Positions 12,497-22,265 of a stretch of 64,000 nt of DNA are shown here, one piece after another. Position numbers and translations under genes: made by a program. Under the pieces are notes generated by a model. That model saw only the letters and a program-made list of their open reading frames with translations, searched no databases and was not told where the DNA came from. Every line of letters begins with the position of its first letter. Position 1 is the stretch's first letter. Source of the stretch: Auanema rhodensis (Eukaryota > Animalia > Nematoda); contig CAXKVF010000077.1 in the NCBI GenBank assembly GCA_964057225.1, positions 62,001 to 126,000 of the forward strand. The letters run 5' to 3'.

Positions 12497-15400
12497 GACT
12501 AATATGGACATGGGGAATCTAATTTTGAAAACCGCATCTCTTTATCTTTCACGTGAAGCGAGTTACATACCAAGTGCACATCACGTGTACATTTAATTAG
12601 CATAAATTAAAGTTCACGTAAATTTCAAAGTCATGGTTACCATGAACCAATATCAATAAAAATTTGTTTTTAGACTAATATGGACATGGGGAATCTAATT
12701 TTGAAAACCGCATCTCTTTATCTTTCACGTGAAGCGAGTTACATACCAAGTGCACATCACGTGTACATTTAATTAGCATAAATTAAAGTTCACGTAAATT
12801 TCAAAGTCATGGTTACCATGAACCAATATCAATAAAAATTTGTTTTTAGACTAATATGGACATGGGGAATCTAATTTTGAAAACTGCATCTCTTCATCTT
12901 TCACGTGAAGCGAGTTACATACCAAGTGCACATCACGTGTACATTTAATTAGCATAAATTAAAGTTCACGTAAATTTCAAAGTCATGGTTACCATGAACC
13001 AATATCAATAAAAATTTGTTTTTAGACTAATATGGACATGGGGAATCTAATTTTGAAAACCGCATCTCTTAATCTTTCACGTGAAGCGAGTTACATACCA
13101 AGTGCACATCACGTGTACATTTAATTAGCATAAATTAAAGTTCACGTAAATTTCAAAGTCATGGTTACCATGAAGCAATATCAATAAAAATTTGTTTTTA
13201 GACTAATATGGACATGGGGAATCTAATTTTGCAAACCGCATCTCTTTATCTTTCACGTGAAGCGAGTTACATACCAAGTGCACATCACGTGTACATTTAA
13301 TTAGCATAAATTAAAGTTCACGTAAATTTCAAAGTCATGGTTACCATGAACCAATATCAATAAAAATTTGTTTTTAGACTAATATGGACATGGGGAATCT
13401 AATTTTGAAAACCGCATCTCTTCATCTTTCACGTGAAGCGAGTTACATACCAAGTGCACATCACGTGTACATTTAATTAGCATAAATTAAAGTTCACGTA
13501 AAATTCAAAGTCATGGTTACCATGCACCAATATCAATAAAAATTTGTTTTTAGACTAATATGGACATGGGGAATCTAATTTTGAAAACCGCATCTCTTTA
13601 TCTTTCACGTGAAGCGAGTTACATACCAAGTGCACATCACGTGTACATTTAATTAGCATAAATTAAAGTTCACGTAAATTTCAAAGTCATGGTTACCATG
13701 AAGCAATATCAATAAAAATTTGTTTTTAGACTAATATGGACATGGGGAATCTAATTTTGAAAACCGCATCTCTTTATCTTTCACGTGAAGCGAGTTACAT
13801 ACCAAGTGCACATCACGTGTACATTTAATTAGCATAAATTAAAGTTCACGTAAATTTCAAAGTCATGGTTACCATGAACCAATATCAATAAAAATTTGTT
13901 TTTAGACTAATATGGACATGGGGAATCTAATTTTGAAAACCGCATCTCTTTATCTTTCACGTGAAGCGAGTTACATACCAAGTGCACATCACGTGTACAT
14001 TTAATTAGCATAAATTAAAGTTCACGTAAATTTCAAAGTCATGGTTACCATGAACCAATATCAATAAAAATTTGTTTTTAGACTAATATGGACATGTGGA
14101 ATCTAATTTTGAAAACCGCATCTCTTTATCTTTTACGTGAAGCGAGTTACATACCAAGTGCACATCACGTGTACATTTAATTAGCATAAATTAAAGTTCA
14201 CGTAAATTTCAAAGTCATGGTTACCATGCACCAATATCAATAAAAATTTGTTTTTAGACTAATATGGACATGGGGAATCTAATTTTGAAAACCGCATCTC
14301 TTTATCTTTCACGTGAAGCGAGTTACATACCAAGTGCACATCACGTGTACATTTAATTAGCATAAATTAAAGTTCACGTAAATTTCAAAGTCATGGTTAC
14401 CATGAACCAATATCAATAAAAATTTGTTTTTAGACTAATATGGACATGGGGAATCTAATTTTGAAAACCGCATCTCTTTATCTTTCACGTGAAGCGAGTT
14501 ACATACCAAGTGCACATCACGTGTACATTTAATTAGCATAAATTAAAGTTCACGTAAATTTCAAAGTCATGGTTACCATGCACCAATATCAATAAAAATT
14601 TGTTTTTAGACTAATATGGACATGGGGAATCTAATTTTGAAAACCGCATCTCTTTATCTTTCACGTGAAGCGAGTTACATACCAAGTGCACATCACGTGT
14701 ACATTTAATTAGCATAAATTAAAGTTCACGTACATTTCAAAGTCATGGTTACCATGAACCAATATCAATAAAAATTTGTTTTTAGACTAATATGGACATG
14801 GGGAATCTAATTTTGAAAACCGCATCTCTTTATCTTTCACGTGAAGCGAGTTACATACCAAGTGCACATCACGTGTACATTTAATTAGCATAAATTAAAG
14901 TTCACGTAAATTTCAAAGTCATGGTTACCATGCACCAATATCAATAAAAATTTGTTTTTAGACTAATATGGACATGGGGAATCTAATTTTGAAGACCGCA
15001 TCTCTTTATCTTTCACGTGAAGCGAGTTACATACCAAGTGCACATCACGTGTACATTTAATTAGCATAAATTAAAGTTCACGTAAATTTCAAAGTCATGG
15101 TTACCATGAACCAATATCAATAAAAATTTGTTTTTAGACTAATATGGACATGGGGAATCTAATTTTGAAAACCGCATCTCTTTATCTTTCACGTGAAGCG
15201 AGTTACATACCAAGTGCACATCACGTGTACATTTAATTAGCATAAATTAAAGTTCACGTAAATTTCAAAGTCATGGTTACCATGCACCAATATCAATAAA
15301 AATTTGTTTTTAGACTAATATGGACATGGGGAATCTAATTTTGAAAACCGCATCTCTTTATCTTTCACGTGAAGCGAGTTACATACCAAGTGCACATCAC

Positions 15401-18400
15401 GTGTACATTTAATTAGCATAAATTAAAGTTCACGTAAATTTCAAAGTCATGGTTACCATGAACCAATATCAATAAAAATTTGTTTTTAGACTAATATGGA
15501 CATGGGGAATCTAATTTTGAAAACCGCATCTCTTTATCTTTCACGTGAAGCGAGTTACATACCAAGTGCACATCACGTGTACATTTAATTAGCATAAATT
15601 AAAGTTCACGTAAATTTCAAAGTCATGGTTACCATGCACCAATATCAATAAAAATTTGTTTTTAGACTAATATGGACATGGGGAATCTAATTTTGAAAAC
15701 CGCATCTCTTTATCTTTCACGTGAAGCGAGTTACATACCAAGTGCACATCACGTGTACATTTAATTAGCATAAATTAAAGTTCACGTAAATTTCAAAGTC
15801 ATGGTTACCATGAACCAATATCAATAAAAATTTGTTTTTAGACTAATATGGACATGGGGAATCTAATTTTGAAAACCGCATCTCTTTATCTTTCACGTGA
15901 AGCGAGTTACATACCAAGTGCACATCACGTGTACATTTAATTAGCATAAATTAAAGTTCACGTAAATTTCAAAGTCATGGTTACCATGCACCAATATCAA
16001 TAAAAATTTGTTTTTAGACTAATATGGACATGGGGAATCTAATTTTGAAGACCGCATCTCTTTATCTTTCACGTGAAGCGAGTTACATACCAAGTGCACA
16101 TCACGTGTACATTTAATTAGCATAAATTAAAGTTCACGTAAATTTCAAAGTCATGGTTACCATGAACCAATATCAATAAAAATTTGTTTTTAGACTAATA
16201 TGGACATGGGGAATCTAATTTTGAAAACCGCATCTCTTTATCTTTCACGTGAAGCGAGTTACATACCAAGTGCACATCACGTGTACATTTAATTAGCATA
16301 AATTAAAGTTCACGTAAATTTCAAAGTCATGGTTACCATGCACCAATATCAATAAAAATTTGTTTTTAGACTAATATGGACATGGGGAATCTAATTTTGA
16401 AAACCGCATCTCTTTATCTTTCACGTGAAGCGAGTTACATACCAAGTGCACATCACGTGTACATTTAATTAGCATAAATTAAAGTTCACGTAAATTTCAA
16501 AGTCATGGTTACCATGAACCAATATCAATAAAAATTTGTTTTTAGACTAATATGGACATGGGGAATCTAATTTTGAAAACCGCATCTCTTTATCTTTCAC
16601 GTGAAGCGAGTTACATACCAAGTGCACATCACGTGTACATTTAATTAGCATAAATTAAAGTTCACGTAAAATTCAAAGTCATGGTTACCATGAACCAATA
16701 TCAATAAAAATTTGTTTTTAGACTAATATGGACATGGGGAATCTAATTTTGAAAACCGCATCTCTTTATCTTTCACGTGAAGCGAGTTACATACCAAGTG
16801 CACATCACGTGTACATTTAATTAGCATAAATTAAAGTTCACGTAAATTTCAAAGTCATGGTTACCATGCACCAATATCAATAAAAATTTGTTTTTAGACT
16901 AATATGGACATGGGGAATCTAATTTTGAAAACCGCATCTCTTTATCTTTCACGTGAAGCGAGTTACATACCAAGTGCACATCACGTGTACATTTAATTAG
17001 CATAAATTAAAGTTCACGTAAATTTCAAAGTCATGGTTACCATGAACCAATATCAATAAAAATTTGTTTTTAGACTAATATGGACATGGGGAATCTAATT
17101 TTGAAAACCGCATCTCTTTATCTTTCACGTGAAGCGAGTTACATACCAAGTGCACATCACGTGTACATTTAATTAGCATAAATTAAAGTTCACGTAAAAT
17201 TCAAAGTCATGGTTACCATGAACCAATATCAATAAAAATTTGTTTTTAGACTAATATGGACATGGGGAATCTAATTTTGAAAACCGCATCTCTTTATCTT
17301 TCACGTGAAGCGAGTTACATACCAAGTGCACATCACGTGTACATTTAATTAGCATAAATTAAAGTTCACGTAAAATTCAAAGTCATGGTTACCATGCACC
17401 AATATCAATAAAAATTTGTTTTTAGACTAATATGGACATGGGGAATCTAATTTTGAAAACCGCATCTCTTTATCTTTCACGTGAAGCGAGTTACATACCA
17501 AGTGCACATCACGTGTACATTTAATTAGCATAAATTAAAGTTCACGTAAATTTCAAAGTCATGGTTACCATGAACCAATATCAATAAAAATTTGTTTTTA
17601 GACTAATATGGACATGGGGAATCTAATTTTGAAAACCGCATCTCTTTATCTTTCACGTGACGCGAGTTACATACCAAGTGCACATCACGTGTACATTTAA
17701 TTAGCATAAATTAAAGTTCACGTAAATTTCAAAGTCATGGTTACCATGAACCAATATCAATAAAAATTTGTTTTTAAACTAATATGGACATGGGGAATCT
17801 AATTTTGAAAACCGCATCTCTTTATCTTTCACGTGAAGCGAGTTACATACCAAGTGCACATCACGTGTACATTTAATTAGCATGAATTAAAGTTCACGTA
17901 AATTTCAAAGTCATGGTTACCATGCACCAATATCAATAAAAATTTGTTTTTAGACTAATATGGACATGGGGAATCTAATTTTGAAAACCGCATCTCTTTA
18001 TCTTTCACGTGAAGCGAGTTACATACCAAGTGCACATCACGTGTACATTTAATTAGCATAAATTAAAGTTCACGTAAATTTCAAAGTCATGGTTACCATG
18101 CACCAATATCAATAAAAATTTGTTTTTAGACTAATATGGACATGGGGAATCTAATTTTGAAAACCGCATCTCTTTATCTTTCACGTGAAGCGAGTTACAT
18201 ACCAAGTGCACATCACGTGTACATTTAATTAGCATAAATTAAAGTTCACGTAAATTTCTAAGTCATGGTTACCATGAACCAATATCAATAAAAATTTGTT
18301 TTTAGACTAATATGGACATGGGGAATCTAATTTTGAAAACCGCATCTCTTTATCTTTCACGTGAAGCGAGTTACATACCAAGTGCACATCACGTGTACAT

Positions 18401-21400
18401 TTAATTAGCATAAATTAAAGTTCACGTAAATTTCAAAGTCATGGTTACCATGAACCAATATCAATAAAAATTTGTTTTTAGACTAATATGGACATGGGGA
18501 ATCTAATTTTGAAAACCGCATCTCTTAATCTTTCACGTGAAGCGAGTTACATACCAAGTGCACATCACGTGTACATTTAATTAGCATAAATTAAAGTTCA
18601 CGTAAATTTCAAAGTCATGGTTACCATGAAGCAATATCAATAAAAATTTGTTTTTAGACTAATATGGACATGGGGAATCTAATTTTGAAAACCGCATCTC
18701 TTTATCTTTCACGTGAAGCGAGTTACATACCAAGTGCACATCACGTGTACATTTAATTAGCATAAATTAAAGTTCACGTAAATTTCAAAGTCATGGTTAC
18801 CATGAACCAATATCAATAAAAATTTGTTTTTAGACTAATATGGACATGGGGAATCTAATTTTGAAAACCGCATCTCTTTATCTTTCACGTGAAGCGAGTT
18901 ACATACCAAGTGCACATCACGTGTACATTTAATTAGCATAAATTAAAGTTCACGTAAAATTCAAAGTCATGGTTACCATGCACCAATATCAATAAAAATT
19001 TGTTTTTAGACTAATATGGACATGGGGAATCTAATTTTGAAAACCGCATCTCTTTATCTTTCACGTGAAGCGAGTTACATACCAAGTGCACATCACGTGT
19101 ACATTTAATTAGCATAAATTAAAGTTCACGTAAATTTCAAAGTCATGGTTACCATGAACCAATATCAATAAAAATTTGTTTTTAGACTAATATGGACATG
19201 GGGAATCTAATTTTGGAAACCGCATCTCTTTATCTTTCATGTGAAGCGAGTTACATACCAAGTGCACATCACGTGTACATTTAATTAGCATAAATTAAAG
19301 TTCACGTAAATTTCAAAGTCATGGTTACCATGAAGCAATATCAATAAAAATTTGTTTTTAGACTAATATGGACATGGGGAATCTAATTTTGAAAACCGCA
19401 TCTCTTTATCTTTCACGTGAAGCGAGTTACATACCAAGTGCACATCACGTGTACATTTAATTAGCATAAATTAAAGTTCACGTAAATTTCAAAGTCATGG
19501 TTACCATGAACCAATATCAATAAAAATTTGTTTTTAGACTAATATGGACATGGGGAATTTAATTTTGAAAACCGCATCTCTTTATCTTTCACGTGAAGCG
19601 AGTTACATACCAAGTGCACATCACGTGTACATTTAATTAGCATAAATTAAAGTTCACGTAAAATTCAAAGTCATGGTTACCATGCACCAATATCAATAAA
19701 AATTTGTTTTTAGACTAATATGGACATGGGGAATCTAATTTTGAAAACCGCATCTCTTTATCTTTCACGTGAAGCGAGTTACATACCAAGTGCACATCAC
19801 GTGTACATTTAATTAGCATAAATTAAAGTTCACGTAAATTTGAAAGTCATGGTTACCATGAACCAATATCAATAAAAATTTGTTTTTAGACTAATATGGA
19901 CATGGGGAATCTAATTTTGGAAACCGCATCTCTTTATCTTTCACGTGAAGCGAGTTACATACCAAGTGCACATCACGTGTACATTTAATTAGCATAAATT
20001 AAAGTTCACGTAAATTTCAAAGTCATGGTTACCATTAAGCAATATCAATAAAAATTTGTTTTTAGACTAATATGGACATGGTGAATCTAATTTTGAAAAC
20101 CGCATCTCTTTATCTTTCACGTGAAGCGAGTTACATACCAAGTGCACATCACGTGTACATTTAATTAGCATAAATTAAAGTTCACGTAAATTTCAAAGTC
20201 ATGGTTACCATGAACCAATATCAATAAAAATTTGTTTTTAGACTAATATGGACATGGGGAATCTAATTTTGAAAACCGCATCTCTTTATCTTTCACGTGA
20301 AGCGAGTTACATACCAAGTGCACATCACGTGTACATTTAATTAGCATAAATTAAAGTTCACGTAAATTTCAAAGTCATGGTTACCATGAACCAATATCAA
20401 TAAAAATTTGTTTTTAGACTAATATGGACATGTGGAATCTAATTTTGAAAACCGCATCTCTTTATCTTTCACGTGAAGCGAGTTACATACCAAGTGCACA
20501 TCACGTGTACATTTAATTAGCATAAATTAAAGTTCACGTAAATTTCAAAGTCATGGTTACCATGCACCAATATCAATAAAAATTTGTTTTTAGACTAATA
20601 TGGACATGGGGAATCTAATTTTGAAAACCGCATCTCTTTATCTTTCACGTGAAGCGAGTTACATACCAAGTGCACATCACGTGTACATTTAATTAGCATA
20701 AATTAAAGTTCACGTAAATTTCAAAGTCATGGTTACCATGAACCAATATCAATAAAAATTTGTTTTTAGACTAATATGGACATGGGGAATCTAATTTTGA
20801 AAACCGCATCTCTTTATCTTTCACGTGAAGCGAGTTACATACCAAGTGCACATCACGTGTACATTTAATTAGCATAAATTAAAGTTCACGTAAATTTCAA
20901 AGTCATGGTTACCATGAACCAATATCAATAAAAATTTGTTTTTAGACTAATATGGACATGGGGAATCTAATTTTGAAAACCGCATCTCTTTATCTTTCAC
21001 GTGAAGCGAGTTACATACCAAGTGCACATCACGTGTACATTTAATTAGCATAAATTAAAGTTCACGTAAATTTCAAAGTCATGGTTACCATGAACCAATA
21101 TCAATAAAAATTTGTTTTTAGACTAATATGGACATGGGGAATCTAATTTTGAAAACCGCATCTCTTTATCTTTCACGTGAAGCGAGTTACATACCAAGTG
21201 CACATCACGTGTACATTTAATTAGCATAAATTAAAGTTCACGTAAATTTCAAAGTCATGGTTACCATGAACCAATATCAATAAAAATTTGTTTTTAGACT
21301 AATATGGACATGGGGAATCTAATTTTGAAAACCGCATCTCTTTATCTTTCACGTGAAGCGAGTTACATACCAAGTGCACATCACGTGTACATTTAATTAG

Positions 21401-21578
21401 CATAAATTAAAGTTCACGTAAATTTCAAAGTCATGGTTACCATGCACCAATATCAATAAAAATTTGTTTTTAGACTAATATGGACATGGGGAATCTAATT
21501 TTGAAAACCGCATCTCTTTATCTTTCACGTGAAGCGAGTTACATACCAAGTGCACATCACGTGTACATTTAATTAGCA

Positions 21579-21585
21579 TAAATTA
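21579..21585 (+). repeat. Target-site duplication, left copy (TAAATTA; monomer positions 107-113)
   Basis: The satellite matches consensus up to ...GCATAAATTA (21585), then diverges (GTCAAGG). The same 7-mer is at 22259-22265. The terminal bases could be shared microhomology, so the true length may be 5-7 bp. Confidence 0.88.
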
Positions 21586-21592
21586 GTCAAGG

Positions 21593-21598
21593 TTTATT
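21593..21598 (-). terminator. Putative polyadenylation signal AATAAA at the element 3' end
   Basis: Plus-strand TTTATT equals minus-strand AATAAA. It is followed by only CCTTGAC before the target sequence, and there is no poly(A) tract. Confidence 0.6.
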
Positions 21599-22129
21599 GT
21601 TCTTTATCACAGGTTGTAACATTAGTGGTTTTTAAGAGAAGAAGTATGAAAAAAGATCCTTACAATACGAACATAATTATAAAAATTAAAAAATGAATAA
21701 GCAGTAAATGTGCAAAGTTGAGAAGAGTTATTGAATCAATTTTGTCTTTTAAGATACATACTTTTAGCTAGTCTCTCTATGTATTATGAAATGTTAACCC
21801 ATTCTCAAAAAAACAGGGGAGTTGTTCAAATCAGATAAGTGATCTGACCTCTTTTTTTACGTTTACCAGGTGCGGTGGAACTTATAATAAAGTCGAGCCC
21901 GTTCTGGTAAGAAGAGGTAACTGTCACCTGGTTCGTATGGCTAATGCCTATAGAAACTATGGTGAAGTAACAGTGTAGCAAAGAAGGAAGCGAGGATGTG
22001 GTTGGAACAAAACAGTGACACATAAAGTAACTTAGCTTTAAAAAGTTATAAAAAAACATATTGAGACAATAATTCAAAAAAAAAAATAGGACGCTAGACA
22101 AATATAGTACAAAAATGAGAAAAATAAAT

Positions 22130-22216
22130 TTAATGATTCTTAAGAAAAACTTGAAGATGTTTACGGAAGTTGACAGCTTTTTCAAGATTGACAATGTTCT
22201 CTGGTATTGAGTTCCA
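22130..22216 (-). pseudogene. Remnant of LINE ORF2 C-terminus (last 28 codons plus TAA stop)
   Basis: TGG AAC TCA ATA CCA GAG AAC ATT GTC AAT CTT ... TAA encodes WNSIPENIVNLEKAVNFRKHLQVFLKNH*. This is the 3' half of the supplied 60-aa ORF (22130-22312), whose N-terminal part is satellite and junction sequence. Confidence 0.75.
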
Positions 22217-22265
22217 ATGTTCTCTGGTATTAAATTGATTGACAATGTTCTCTGGTATTAAATTA
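22186..22265 (+). repeat. Triplicated junction motif CAATGTTCTCTGGTATT at the truncated 5' end of the element
   Basis: Copies lie at 22192-22208, 22215-22231 and 22243-22259. Copies 1 and 3 extend to GATTGACAATGTTCTCTGGTATT. Copies 2 and 3 are followed by target-like AAATT. Confidence 0.95.
22259..22265 (+). repeat. Target-site duplication, right copy (TAAATTA)
   Basis: The satellite resumes as TAAATTAAAGTTCACG. The offset from the left copy is 680 bp, equal to the array phase shift. Confidence 0.88.

Larger units (their letters stand above)
1..21585. repeat. 176-bp tandem satellite array, left arm (about 122.6 monomers; candidate centromeric/pericentromeric satellite)
   Basis: Consensus GACTAATATGGACATGGGGAATCTAATTTTGAAAACCGCATCTCTTTATCTTTCACGTGAAGCGAGTTACATACCAAGTGCACATCACGTGTACATTTAATTAGCATAAATTAAAGTTCACGTAAATTTCAAAGTCATGGTTACCATGAACCAATATCAATAAAAATTTGTTTTTA recurs at 1+176k (e.g. 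881, 2641, 10561, 21121). Only substitutions separate copies. The repeat itself is certain. The centromeric role is inferred from the nucleosome-sized monomer, AT richness and homogeneity. Confidence 0.99.
21586..22258 (-). mobile_element. 5'-truncated non-LTR retrotransposon (LINE), probably CR1/L2 group, 3'-terminal fragment
   Basis: This is the only non-satellite sequence in the window and is flanked by the direct repeat TAAATTA. The minus strand carries the ORF C-terminus WNSIPENIVNLEKAVNFRKHLQVFLKNH*, resembling the WNxLP...FKxxL tail of CR1/L2-group ORF2 proteins. A 544-bp UTR follows, ending AATAAACCTTGAC. There are no terminal inverted repeats or LTRs. The clade call rests on motif recognition, not a database search. 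Confidence 0.82.

Noticed and set aside
21826-22245. 139-aa minus-strand ORF with a hydrophobic, membrane-protein-like stretch
   Set aside because: It starts inside the rearranged junction and runs out of frame with the ORF2-like tail through the T-rich UTR. The F/L/I richness follows from base composition, and there is no recognisable domain.
21586-22258. DNA transposon/MITE or solo LTR
   Set aside because: There are no terminal inverted repeats and no TG...CA termini. The asymmetric ends, ORF2-like tail and terminal AATAAA fit a truncated LINE better.
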